Assembly (NCBI GenBank): GCA_002633005.1
Contig: NMRA01000604.1
Coordinates: forward strand, 172,066 to 236,065
Length of the DNA stretch: 64,000 nt
Reading direction: 5' to 3'
Source of the DNA: Phoronis australis
Lineage: Eukaryota > Animalia > Phoronida
The notes under the pieces were generated by a model that did no database searches, had not been told where the DNA came from, and was given only the letters and a program-made list of their open reading frames with translations. Positions 36,824 through 50,472 of the stretch are shown here, in pieces. Position 1 is the first letter of the stretch. Each line of letters opens with the position of its first letter. Made by a program: the position numbers and the translations under genes.

Positions 36824-37616
36824 GTAACTGTTTAAGGTTAAGTAGGACCCCAGAAAAATTCCAGTTTGGGCCGACTTCACAGCGTCATATCTCAGGGACG
36901 GCTGATTGGATTCATATGAAACTTGCAGAGGCTATGCTGTATACACTGTTCGCCTATACAGATGTTGGGAATTACTTTTGAAGTGCCCCATTTTGTGTGA
37001 GTGGTTATCAAGAATAGGACTTGATGATATTAAGGAAAATGTTTTGAAGTTGCTTAAAATGAAAATAAAATTATGACTTAGAAAACTTAATTTTTTGCTA
37101 AATTTTCCTAAAAATTCATGGTCAAGTGACCGAATTAATGGCAGATTTCAAAAATTTAGAATTTAGTGAATAATTTCTTCCTTAAAAAATTGTATTTTAC
37201 TAGGTTAAATTCTATATTGGTTTGTGACTTGTGCTTCATCAACTTAAATAGTGATAAGAATTTTTTAAAAACTTGCCTCTAGTGCATTTCTCTTCATAGT
37301 TTCTTTATTTCACTTTTCTTCAATGTTCTGCTGTTCATCACCAAACAGAATGCAACTCATTTGTTGGTTGTTTTCTTGATAAAATGCTGTACACAACAGT
37401 GCTTTGTTGACTTCAGATAGTGTGTGATGAAAATGCTCAAGTGAACAAAAGACTGCAGGTCACAATACCACTGAAGCCCACTTCCATTTCCTTAAATAAA
37501 GTAGCTCGCTCCATAGCTGGAGTTGCATGCATTAATTTCTCAAGTTCATTTAAATAACGCTTATTGATTCAATGTTAATGTATTCATTACTTCATTTAGA
37601 AATCTGACATGATATA

Positions 37617-40600
37617 ATATTGTATTGTATTGTATTGTAATTCAAGNNNNNNNNNNNNNNNNNNNNNNNNNNNNNNNNNNNNNNNNNNNNNNNNNNNNNN
37701 NNNNNNNNNNNNNNNNNNNNNNNNNNNNNNNNNNNNNNNNNNNNNNNNNNNNNNNNNNNNNNNNNNNNNNNNNNNNNNNNNNNNNNNNNNNNNNNNNNNN
37801 NNNNNNNNNNNNNNNNNNNNNNNNNNNNNNNNNNNNNNNNNNNNNNNNNNNNNNNNNNNNNNNNNNNNNNNNNNNNNNNNNNNNNNNNNNNNNNNNNNNN
37901 NNNNNNNNNNNNNNNNNNNNNNNNNNNNNNNNNNNNNNNNNNNNNNNNNNNNNNNNNNNNNNNNNNNNNNNNNNNNNNNNNNNNNNNNNNNNNNNNNNNN
38001 NNNNNNNNNNNNNNNNNNNNNNNNNNNNNNNNNNNNNNNNNNNNNNNNNNNNNNNNNNNNNNNNNNNNNNNNNNNNNNNNNNNNNNNNNNNNNNNNNNNN
38101 NNNNNNNNNNNNNNNNNNNNNACAACATCACATTGCCAGTATAAGTGAAGCAAAGTCTCAGGTTCAGTCTTACAAAACGTACACAAGGGGGAGTTACGTG
38201 CCCCAATTTTGACAAGATAAGAGTTACAGCTACTTATCCTATGTGACAGTCTAAATTGAAACCAACAAAGTTTCACGTCAGTAGGCATATTTCCACCATT
38301 CAGTAGTGTCAGGTATTGCAAGTTCTCCCTGCAACTTCATCTCAGACCTAGGCCGGGCATATTTGTTTAGCACAAAAGTGTTATATATATGTTTTGTTCC
38401 CTTCTTGTCTGCAAGTAACAATCTCACAAAAATTGGGATAGAGTGTGCGTAGAAGGAAAACTTGTCTCTTTTTGAGATTCTCCATTTTTGACAAACAGCC
38501 TCTTTGAGCCCATAAAAATTCAAAAATATTGGTCTAAAATTGAACTTTTTGCAAAAACCTTCAAAAGATAACAAATATCCATGCTCGTCTAGTAGATCTG
38601 AGATATAATAAACACCCTTTTCAAACCATCTTCTCCAAAATACAGTTTTTCCACCAATCAATACATTAGTGTTATACCAAATTGGCTGATATGGTATTTC
38701 CTTCTGATCTATTATATTTGAAAAATCATACAGAAAGTTAAATAGTTCCTTCCAAAAAGGGTTCTCAGTTTGAGATGCTGCATATTTGTAGAAATAGTTC
38801 CCAAATTTTAGACACTCCAATGATATCAAATCAGTGTTTAAGATGAGATTTAACCATGCAGTAGAATTTGTGGCTTTTAAGATCCTACGCATCCATGTTA
38901 TCTTAATTGCCTTTACAAAAGAGTAAACATCTATCATTTTACAACCACCCATTTTATAATGTTGAAACATGGTTTTGCGCCCAATTTTGTCACACTTTCC
39001 TCCCCAAATATAATGAAAAAACAGTTTTTCTAAATCTTTACAGAACAGATTGTTAGGGATTGGCAAACATGATAAAACATGAATCAGTTTTGGTAGAAGA
39101 AATGGTTTGACCACTGTAACTTTACCAAGAGTACTTAAGTTTCTTTTTGACCATCTCATAATTTCTTTTTTAATATCAACCAACTTGCGATCAAAATTTA
39201 AATTACTCATTTCCTGGATGTCAGTAGAAAAAACAATCCCGAGCATACTAAACTGTGAGGTAGACCATTTTAAGTCCTTTTCAGAACATACCCTTGAATT
39301 ACTTTGCCTCGTAGAACCTATCCAGACACAAGTTGTTTTTTCTAAATTAGGAGTTAGACCTGAATACTTTGAGAACTAGTCAAGCAGATCAAGAGTTTTT
39401 TTAATGATCTTTCGGAACCATCGAGTATGATAGCAGTGTCATCTGCATATTGAACTAGTTTAAATTCTTGAGCTCCAATCTGTATACATGTACCTTTTAT
39501 ATTTTTGTTTTTCCTAAAGAGATTTCCCGTAATCTCAGCACATAGTAGAAAAAGATAGGGAGATAAAGGGTCTCCTTGTTTACAGCCTCTATCCATTTCA
39601 AAGAATTGAGAAGTTTTTCCATATTGAATTACACAAGCCATAGCTCCCTCATTGAGCAACGATACCCACTTTTTGATATTTGGGCCAAAATTAAAAAAGA
39701 CAGGTTTTTTTGTAGAAATACCCAGGAAACTGAATCGAACGCCTTCTCAAAATCCACCAGGACCAGTAATCCAGGGATATTCAACTGGTCAGTTGCACAG
39801 ATAAGATCATAAATTAATCGAATATTTTCGCCAAGAAATCTACCAACAATAAAACCTTTCTGGTTTTCGTGCATCAAGCAATATAAGACAGACTTAACAC
39901 GTTCAGCAATACATGCTGAAATTAATTTATAACTTATATTGAGCACTGAAATTGGCCTCCAGTTTTTGAGTAGTTCTCTAGGTTTGTTAGCTTTTGGAAT
40001 AATTTGGATCACACCTTGTTTTACAGCGGATGGTAGGGAATTCTGTGAAAACATACAATTAAAAGCTGCCACTAAATCATCTCCCAAATCTGACCAGAAA
40101 AATTTGTAAAATTCCACTGTAAAACCGTCGGGACCAGGGGTCTTATTATTTTTCATCTTTTTGAGAACAAGTAGAATTTCATCATAAGTAATATTTCCTT
40201 CCAATGAATCTCTTATATTATCTTCAAGTTTTGGTGAATCAGTGTTTTCTAAAATTACATCTAAATCATATTGGGAAAAGTGGTGATCTTTTGAGGCATA
40301 AAGATTGGAGTAAAAATTTTTTATTTCTTCCAGAATTCCCTTTTGACTACAGATCAATGTACCATTGTCGTCTACTAAACTTGAGATATTTTTATTAACA
40401 AAATTACGTTTTTCTAAATTACTAAAATATCTTGTTGGTTTTTCGCCATTTTCTATCCACTGAGCACGAGATCTCAATATTATACCGTCGATGTATTCAT
40501 ACTCGGCCTGAAGAATTTCTAGCCAATCACTAAAAAATTGAGAATCAGTATTCTGAACGAACTGGTGGACAGTATTTATTAATCTTTCCAAACGTAGTTT

Positions 40601-41431
40601 TCTATTTTTCTTTTCTTTATTTTTGAAAGCACTATATGGCAGAGTGAAGGATCTAATGTTTAGTAAGAACATGTTGAACAGTAAAGCTTCGTCAATATCA
40701 GAAGCATATACACTTTTGGTGTCTTGAATAATGATTTTTACTTGCTCCACATACTTTTTGTCCCGGAGTAGAGAATTATTAAATTTCCATAAGCCTCTGC
40801 CACGTTCAAAAGAGTGCAATTTTATCTCAAACCGAATGGCTGAATGGTCAGTTCTGTAGCCTGGGATTATCTCCACTGTGTTTAACAAAGATAATAACTC
40901 GTCGGAAATTAGAAAAAAGTCAAGGCGAGATTTCTTAACTGGGTTTTTCCTACTCCATGTAAAAGAGGAACGGTCTGGATTGTAAACTCTCCAAGGGTCA
41001 ACTAAATTAAACGTTTGCTTTAAATTTAAAACTGCTTTTCTAGCCTGAGGATTGTTCAGATTGAAATAACCAAAACAGTCCCGTTCATAATCTTGGACCA
41101 AATTCCAATCTCCACACAGAACAATAAATTCGGAGTTGAACAGAGAGATGCGATGTGCAACGTTTTCATAAAAAAGTGGAGAATCTTGGTTAGGACCGTA
41201 TATGCAGGCAAGCGTAACTGNTTCTAGCCTGAGGATTGTTCAGATTGAAATAACCAAAACAGTCCCGGTCATAATCTTGGACCAAATTCCAATCTCCAAA
41301 CAGAACAATAAATTCGGAGTTGAACAGGGAGATGCGATCTGCAACGTTTTCATAAAAAAGTGGAGAATCTTGGTTAGGACCGTATATGCAGGCAAGCGTA
41401 ACTGTGATAATTTTTTCCAGCACTATTTCAA
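37617..41431 (-). mobile_element. L1/Tx1-clade non-LTR retrotransposon, 5'-truncated and frameshifted ORF2 (APE-RT-CCHC), antisense to JMJD6
   Basis: APE motifs (GDWN, DPWR, FTW, SRLDFFL, TDHS), RT motifs (KTPGPDG, NWRPIS, DFEKAFD, QGDPLSP, YADD) and CTFC...HLYWQC, split across several frames. (TACAA)n tail at about 37620-37640. N gap in the 3' part. Confidence 0.93.
37647..38121. other. Assembly gap (N run)
   Basis: Run of N inside the 3' part of the L1. Confidence 1.
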
Positions 41432-43109
41432 TAATTAATGCATTTTTTAGTTTTCATGAGTTATCTATAGCTCAAGAAGTATTTATAAGAAGTGTACAGG
41501 TGAGACATTTCACCATTTTAAATGGTATATTGTGATTTTTATTGCAAAAATACATCTGAACTTGAAAATTTGGCCGCCATTTTGTTTATGTTAATTAGAA
41601 GGTCAAAAATGCTAAATTCGGCTTGAGAACAGGGTTAGTTGAATTTGCCATGCATTGAGTGTGTGAAGAAGTCTCGTTCCCAACTTTTACTAAAAATGCT
41701 TATAGAACCTTTCACAGGGCTCTTTTCAGGAAATGTGTCTATACTATAACAACCCATTGGCATTTGAAATATATTAAAGTCACCGACGGCCCAGTCACCT
41801 TTAGTGACAGTGCTGCAAGTGGCAGCTGATTTTTGCCAGATTCAGAGTGGGCTTGTTTAGAACAGTTTGCCCCCAAGCCGCCTCCCAATTTGTGGAAATC
41901 ATCGATCTCAGCATGGAATCAGATGGAGGCCAAGTGAAAGAAAAATATGTGCCCACCTTCAGAAAAGCTCTAAGCTCAAGGCCAAGCTTGAGTTTGGAAT
42001 GTAAGTGGAAATGCAGTCAACAAGTAATTTCTGGAAGGACAGAATGTATCGATTCCAGTTGGGTCAGGTAAGTGATTATGCAGGTGCAGGTCTTCAATGC
42101 TCTATACCTGTTGGTAATAAATTTATTATATTTGCTTTCTCAAGATTCTGACTGTCGCCAGGAAGGGCACAACCCTACATGAAGTAAGGCGACACTTGAG
42201 TACTAGAGTAATTTTATTATCTTCTTCCAGTATTAGTGAAACATATTCTTTATCTCAACATTTAGGGTTTATCAAAATACATTACATTTTATGAACATGC
42301 ATGTGTAAGAAGTGGAAGTTTGGTGTCCATTATCAAAAGATTTAATCGAGCCCTTGTGTACTATCTGACACCAATTTCTCATCTAATTGACCTGTTGTCA
42401 CTTTTCATAGGTCATATTGCTCTATCTGTATAACCAGATATATATGAATTCCCACATATGCAGTGGAACCCCATTACAGTGGGACCTAATTTAATTTGCC
42501 TAAAGTAATAACACCGCTAGGGTCCCTCATACGTGAAGCATTCAACCTCAAGAATAAGACTGGGGAAAACATGTGGGGATTCAAAATACAGCATTCTACT
42601 GGGAGTTCTGGTATGCCTATTTTCCATAAAATTTTAATGCAGGTCTATGCGGAAATTGTTGGCGTTTACCAAAGAAGTTTGCCACTGTTGTTTAGTTTAC
42701 TACAGAAAACATATTAGTAAGTAGTTAGTTAATGAATTAGAGTATTGTTTCACAAAACCTTTTTATACGATTCTTGGTTCCCGGATTAATTGCATTAACA
42801 TTTAAGCATATCAAAACAGTATTTATAGTAGATTTGATTTTTATTTCAATTGTATTGTGGTTGCTTATAAATCTCGTAAACAAATAAAAATGCCGTTTAT
42901 TTTGCAGATTTTGCGTCTCGGAAGTTTTACTGCGCAAGTTGTTTATTGTTACAGGAGTAGCTAACTACAAGGTTCGAACATAGCCTCAACTATAAACAGT
43001 GATAATTGGATGTAAACTGCAAATTGACTCAAAAACTGGTGACTGGTAAACAAATTCATCAGCTAGGAAACATTACTGATGGACTGTAACACTGTCCTTC
43101 TATTTGCAG

Positions 43110-44000
43110 ACAAAACACTTTGTATGTACGCTGCATCTACTGTCGGTCAACCGTGTCTCTCAGTCAAAGTGGATTTGGTCCCATAAACTGTGATTTTTGG
43201 GTGCATATGTTATGTTTTGTGGGTTTAGGTCCAGAGTTTGTGAGTAAATGGGTAGAGTTAACAGACCTGGAACTATGTTTATGTGAGGAGCTATGTTCAT
43301 AAGCGCACGGTCTGTTTATTTCTGTGCCAGTTATTTCACCACACCTCTCAACATTTGAAAATTCCTCTGAGACGGAAGACTGCTTGTAATGAAAGCTTAG
43401 GTACTCCAAGTACATGTAGGTCATAACAGGATTTTTATAGTTGCTATATATTGAAACTGATGGTTTTCCAGGTTTTAGTAGTTAACTTACATTTTGAATA
43501 ATTGACGACACCTTTTGTTTTGAGCGCCGCTTGCACACATAAAGGGTTGCTTGCATATGTGAATGGCCATCTTACCAAGCTATTTTGAATGGTAAAAATA
43601 AATTCTTTGGGGACAGGTTGTTTATGGAAAAACATAATTTTTGTGTTTACGGATTAAGCTGCATATAACTGTAATATTCACAGGCAAATTTTTCAAGTGG
43701 AGACGAGGGGGACCAACCATCATTCTGGCCGCCCACGCCAAAGATCCATAAGTCGAACCAGTTTCTCACTGCTGCATCCGATGAAAGAGTCAACCGTGTT
43801 AGGTTCCAGCTTCTAACTGACATCGATGAGTTTGCCGAAAGGTCCTAGCATTATTACAAACAAAAAGACAGCGAAGCGTCATCTGTAACCCATGAATGTA
43901 TTGCTCCTGGTCACAGAGATGTTGTGAAGAATGTCTCTCACCTCAGCAGATCATTTTTTCCCGTTTAGTAGCACTCCATCCTTCCGGGAAACTCCCTCAG
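43110..44000 (+). pseudogene. Decayed, apparently intron-containing DNA-transposon protein fragment (possibly Sola3-like)
   Basis: After an acceptor at about 43684: WPPTPK..SNQFLTAASDERVNRVRFQL...RS*HYYKQKDSEA...ECIAPGH, with a Cys-rich piece at about 43110-43300. Family assignment is from memory only. Confidence 0.4.
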
Positions 44001-44689
44001 TTTGATGCCTTTGAAATGAAAAGTATCGCTGAGATAGACCGTCGATTTGAACAGCGACAAAAGATTGTTGAGTCGATGGAATCGCTGCAGTTGCACATTT
44101 CATGTATACGAGACTCAGAGACATTTGAAATACAGTATGTCAAAAGTTGTCAGACAAAATGCTATTTCCATTTCGAGACGTATCATCTGTGCTGACTAAA
44201 GATGTCTCATTGTACACCTAATTTGCTCGCATTTTGTCAATGTGACCACATTTGTTCTTTTCTATTTGCTTGACTTATGGCGTACAATTTTCCTGTGTCA
44301 ATATAGCGTTACTATTCTCTAACTACTTTGGTTCGTGTTTAATGTTTAGCTATCTTATTATCGTTTTGCTCCATAAGTACAGTATAACCTGCCCTGCTGG
44401 GTCCCTATGTCTAACATGACAAACAATAATTTAAATCAGGACAGTTTTTAAATATTGCCCAACTTTGTTCCAAAATCTTTTTGCAGGATAATCCAAGTTC
44501 ATCTATATGAAGTCTGTCTGTGTATTTTATTTTCGTTTTGCTGCACATGCATTGTCTTATGATTTTTCGATGAATTAGCTGACACTATATGTATTAAAGT
44601 CGAGACTTCTGAATTTTTGGATTCTGACTGATGGTAAGCACCAAACACCATTGCAAACCCATCACTGAGCAATATTACATACTAAACTC

Positions 44690-44995
44690 GGGCGGATCCA
44701 GGATTTTGAGTTGGGAGGTAGGGCACAGGAATAATCAGAATTTAGCCACATGCGCGCGCCCACTCTAAAATGTAGTGGTGCAGGGGTCTCGTATTTTTGG
44801 GTTTGTGGACCTTATTACTAAAAAAATGGTAAACGGGGTATGTTCAAGGCCTATGCATTGTGCAGTCGCTCTCCGAGCCCCCTTGGGTGGGCGCATATGA
44901 TAGTCAGCAATTCACACTCCAAACTGTCAAATGGTCTAGGGGAGAATTTTTGCGGGGTATGGCCCCTTTTGCCCCCTCCCTAAGTCCGCCACTGC
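44690..44995. mobile_element. Short non-autonomous element with GGCGGATCC...TCCGCCACTG ends
   Basis: GGGCGGATCCAGGATTTT...GCCCCCTCCCTAAGTCCGCCACTG is a typical invertebrate MITE end pattern. Confidence 0.5.
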
Positions 44996-47057
44996 TATTT
45001 GCGTGTGAAATACTCGGTTTCCTGTGTTTTTTGATGAAAATTTCTACGAACCTTCTGCAAATACATCTATGCGTTGTGGGTAAAAAAAAGAAATATTGGA
45101 ATCGATAATGCGAGGATATTCAGACATCCATATGGATATCTGGGCGTGGCTGTTTGGGGACTTTCCCGAATGACAAGCGTAAAAAAGTTATTAAACAACG
45201 CCAATTTCACCGGTAGTCGACTGTCCTCATAACATCAATTTCTCCAACCTCATTTCACAGCATCTATCCCATACCGTGTCAATATATGTATTTTTTATGA
45301 CTAACTACTCTGCTATCTGATTTCTTACGTTTGGTGATATACAGCACACATCACGAATTTTTGGCCGCCCGGTCGGAAACTGGTCGACGACTAGCCGTCG
45401 ACCGGTCGTCTAATTTGCCGACCGGTCGGCTAAAAATTAGCCGACCGGCAGCCGCCCGCAGGGCCGACTCATAAGGCAACTCCCCAGCCGACCCTTCAGC
45501 CGACCGGCCATCAGCCGACCAGCTGGTCGGCTGCTATTTTTAGGCTAGAGTAGCAGTTGCGTAATAGGTTGTCAGGCTGATACCGCTTTGCGTGTCGATG
45601 CATATTCGTCTTAGCACAGGGTCAAATAAATTAACCTAGTTTTACTGTCTCGGTTACATGAGTTCACGTCGGTTGTGTAATACCACTAATTCGAAGGTTG
45701 AAGGCAAGCGGTAATAGTAAACATTGGATTATGGACAATGCAACAAGTTTTGGATGAAAAACGTGAAAGTTTTCTTTACATTTGATCTTTAATTTGACTC
45801 GTGACGTTAACAAGATGTATTAGATCGGTTGCTTCCCGGTCAATACAACGCTGTAGTCATTTTGTTAACGCAGCTATTTTAGCAGTCTTCGCCCGCAGTT
45901 GATTTCAAGTTGTTTGTGTAACGCCAAACTGCATCTTTTTGCGTTTTTTTAAGTTAGTCACCGGTCTCCTGTCACGCGCCCATGATGATGGATTAGTGAG
46001 TGAGTTCTTACACCGCGAAAAGCTCTCACTCCAGGGATTTTATTTTCATAGTATTGACCCTTGCAGTACAGACGCGAAATTCACGGTCCAGTATGCCCTA
46101 AACCCACGGACTTCGATGGCTCTAACTTCGAAATCATATTATGGTTACGATTTCCACGAACTAAGACGGTGACATCACCACTGTTGAGGCTACAGCAAAG
46201 TAGCCTTGCGCATTCCGTTTTCAGTGTATCGGTGATGTTAAAATCTGGGCTAGCAGTTACATGTGCTGTATACACGTAGTCCCCTATCAGTTGGTCGTTC
46301 ACGTTGTTCCAAAAATAAATATTTTCTGTCAACAACATATTGACAAATTATGCAAAATAAAACAATTGTGAACGGCAAGATGTGAATACGTGGTGAAGAG
46401 GTATTTGTCTCTACGCGGCATATGTGCGTGAAACTTTGGTAAAGCGATTGCGATGGCAAAAAATGATAGAAAATACACAAAGGTGCACTTTTGAGAAGCA
46501 AAGCGTCTGGTGATCTTGATAGCGTACATGTATGATCTGGCCACCTCAGGTAGTAAGTGACGCTGAATGAGAAGTGGTAACTACATGTTTGGCGCGAAAA
46601 TAAAAAAATCATGCTTGTATTGCCAGCCACCCCCCTCCCCGAATTTTGCACATTCTAATGAGTCACCACTCGAGATTTGGTTCCGTTTCAGTCCTAAAAT
46701 CGCATAATAATTCTGTGCTCAGCTGTAAGAAAAAATACAATTTTTTGAAACGGTGCTCAGTCTTAATAAAGTTTCCAGCATGAGAGCGCTTTGATCAGAA
46801 ATGCCAAGCACACGCAGAGTTGTAAGACAGAGACGTTGGCGTTTCCGTATGTCCACAAAAGTGCTTTGAGCAGTGTGTACAAATTTGTTCATTTCGCTTT
46901 TCTGCACTGACGACTATGATCAACACGGTGTTTTAACTACACTTTTGAGTGCATTTTCAAAAATAAATGTTTGGTTGGTGAATTCAGCGAGTCGGTGCCC
47001 ACGGGCAGGAAAACGTATCTGCGTAAATAAAGAGTTGCGTTTTCAAAACATTCAGAG

Positions 47058-47232
47058 CATGAGCTCAAGGACTACCTGAGACAGAAAATAAAACCGATTA
47101 CCAAACAGAAACTTGTCCAATGAATATATAGCTCTTGGAAAACTGTTACCCCGAAGAAATGTGCAAAATACGAACGTCGTTTACGAAAGATTGTACCAGA
47201 AGTGATTCGTTGCAGTGGAGCCGCACGGGATA
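47058..47232 (+). pseudogene. IS630-Tc1-mariner transposase C-terminal remnant
   Basis: HELKDYLRQKIKPITKQKLVQ*IYSSWKTVTPKKCAKYERRLRKIVPEVIRCSGAA resembles the post-catalytic C-terminus (WHELKE..R..KP..K.EL...I..FW.TV....C.KYI..L.KV.P.VI...G.ATGY) of invertebrate Tc1-like transposases; internal stop. Confidence 0.72.
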
Positions 47233-50085
47233 GTAAAAACACTGTGCTGTGCACTAGTTACCTGAATGGAAAGCTGAAGCGGAAAAATCCAGAACACACA
47301 TTTTCTATTCAGGAATTGAAATCTCTGTAGAATCAAAAACAATTGGCAACCAGGATTTATTGCGTTAGAAAACTTATCACGCCCGGAGAGAATTGTTTTC
47401 ATGCCCGGAGACTACGTGATCACCCATTATGCAATGATGACAATCCAGTGTGTACCTATACATTGGCATCTATTGTAAAACGTGGATTAGACGAAAGAAA
47501 TTCAACCGCATTTCGAAGATAATATATCTGTTGTCGGCGAGAGGTTGAATATATAGCCCTTGTTTAGTATAGTACGGACAGTATCACTTTGAAAGATCAA
47601 TGCTTGGGGATGGTGACGTGGTGTTCTGGCGTGAAAGTTACTGACATGGTAAGTTTTTGAACCTGACTTATTAAATTTTCAGTTCGGTCGTATTTTATTT
47701 TGATCCTGAAGTGAAGAATTTTTGGTCCTCACTTGATAAATTATAGGTGCTGATGTGATAAATTTTCAGTCTTGACGTGGTGAATTTGGTCTTTATTTGC
47801 TCTTTGGTCTTCTGTGTGAAAACAATCTCAATGTATTGGATTGTTTTAATTCCTGCTTAAGTAAAATGTCTGGTTTTGAGATATTTATTTTTGGTCCTGG
47901 AGAGTTTGCATGTTTTGCTTGGTTTTAATCATGCATAGAAAAGATATGTCGTTAAATGTTTCAAATTAGGCCTCCCATAAATGGGGGGAGAGCAGGTTGT
48001 GTAGCATCGTACTATGTAACTTCTAATATAAATCTAGGTGTTCGTGATTTAGTAATACTATGAAAAATGAGTAGTTATGACTATGAAAAATGAGTAGTTG
48101 AGGCTTCTTTTGAAATACTGTATCCTTTGTATATGCCTGGTGTACATGGCTCAGTGTGATATTATCTAAGCTTTATTATCCTCTATGGCTTAACAACTAT
48201 ATATCTTCATTCATGCCTGTAAAAGAGGTACTCCCAGGATCATCAAGCATGTGTATGTTTTTATTCTAATGAGGCGTGCTTCGAATGTACAATTAGTAAT
48301 TATACTTTTGCAGTGGTTCATAACAAACGGATTCATTAAACCCAGTAAATATTTTTGCAACTGCTGACTCTGCATATCAGACGTGCATATTGCATCATAC
48401 CTCATCAGAGTAAAACTTGTTATCAATCATAGTAGAAAAAATTATTTTTATCATTGCCACAAGACGTTAACAAACGCAGTGAGTGTCTGTAACTGTTGTG
48501 TCTAGATTGCTGATGAACTAAAGTCGGTCTACATGTATTTCCATTTTTATATCACTGATTCATGCCAAAGGTTTGAAATTGCGCCCCTTTAAGAGTTTTG
48601 ACTTGCCCTGTGATCACTAGAATCCGATGCAATAAACTTATAGAAGTTGTTTTTTAACCAGTGTAATATAGCTGAAAATTGTGTGCGTTTTCGTTTGCGA
48701 GAGTGTTCTTTTTGAATCAATGGGTTAATCATTTTACGCTCTACATGAAAACACAGACTACTTTTTTAGGATTACATGTACCAGGTTACCCCGAAAATAT
48801 TATTTTCAAAGTTTTACCCCTTGGAGTATACGCGAAACGCCAAGTATTGTGTTCTTACGCGAAAGGGCTCGGAAGGCTGTAGCCTTGGTGCGAAGCTGTT
48901 TACTAAATTAAATATACAAATTTGCGCCATTGTGGGTAAAAACTGACCGAATAAAATCTTCCTAGAGTAAACTAAATTATTTACCAGCGTTGCAAAAAAT
49001 GGTTTTCTACAATTATTCTGCTGCTAAAGTTATGTTGTGATCTTATGCGTCGACTTTCGCCCCAATGAAATATTGCGTCACCTTTTAGCCAGTTTCTTTT
49101 TCCCAGATTCTTCAATCAAACGTTCTCCCTCGAGGTTACGTAAACGTCACAACAAATGATCAGAATTGGTTTCACTTCATTATATGTTTTTGGAATTTTG
49201 ATATCAGTGAACCGAATTTTAGAACAAATTTTGCTGAGATGTGTTCATCATCTAATGGGAGATGTTGAAAACATTTTGGAAGTGGCGCGTGTCACAATGA
49301 ACTTTTTTCAAAACGACGATATACGTTTTTTCGTTAAAAAGGCAGAGAATTACGCAAGAAGATGACGTCGGATGTTTCTCACTTAAACGGCCGTAACGGG
49401 CAACTTGAATGCCAATTGACTTCCAGATTTTGCATGCACACCCGCCAGTCTTGAGCTCATGTTGATACAAGCTTTTCGACGAGGTGACAAACGTAACTAT
49501 CCGGGCTGTGTGAAGTATCGAGGTCTGTTTGGTCTCAATAAGCAGTGGCACCTTGCTGTATTTTGAAAATGGTCTTCATGCAACTAGCTGGCTACATAGG
49601 AAGGCTCTAGTTTCGAAAAGATGTTTTACTGCGAAAGTGACAATAATTTCTGAATGATGATGGATGATGGATGACACTATAAACCGATCAGTCTTCCGTT
49701 TTCATGCGCACATGCTTTAATATCGGCGCTATGTTCAAACCATTGTTTATGTTGTTTCTAAAATAAAATTGGGTTCTATTACTGTACCAACATATTAAGA
49801 AATTATACAGAAATAAGCAATAATTATCTGTGGTAAATCGCAATATACAGCGTGATGAAGTGATCATCAAGAGCAATAACGGAAGAGCGCAAATGCGTGA
49901 TGCTTGTTGAGCATTCCGCTGCATGAAAACACTTGAGGTCGTGTATTGAGTGTTGTATTCTGATTGTTATGCAATTTTACTGTAAATTTCAAATTTCGTG
50001 TTTGTTTTTGTGCAAAATGTACTGTATAAAAAGTCTCATATCTAAATTTAGAAATTATGCTTCCGCGATATCACATAACGTTTGA

Positions 50086-50472
50086 TTTTACCACGCCGTC
50101 ATTAATTCAACATAAAGTTTTATGGCTGGTGTAATGTCACGCACTTCGTATTTGTAGGTTGATTCGATATTATTTCCTTTCAATAGTTGAACAAAACTTT
50201 ATGAACCGATGTCAAGACCTGAGTTGCCAGTGGTGAACGAACAGCGAACAGTAAAATGTTTGTTTGGCCAAAGTTCACCCTTTTACCACGCCGTCATTAA
50301 TTCAACATAAAGTTTTAGGCTGGTGTAATGTCACGCACTTCGTATTTGTAGGTTGATGCGATTTTATGTCCTTTCAATAGTTGAACAAAAGTTTATAAAC
50401 CGATGTCAAGACCTGAGTTGCCAGTGGTGAACTAACAGCGAACAGTAAAATGTTTGTTTGGCCAAAGTTCAC
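50086..50472 (+). repeat. Tandem duplication, about 195-bp unit x2, in the subterminal region of the TIR element
   Basis: TTTTACCACGCCGTCATT...GGCCAAAGTTCAC starts at 50086 and again at 50281. Confidence 0.92.
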
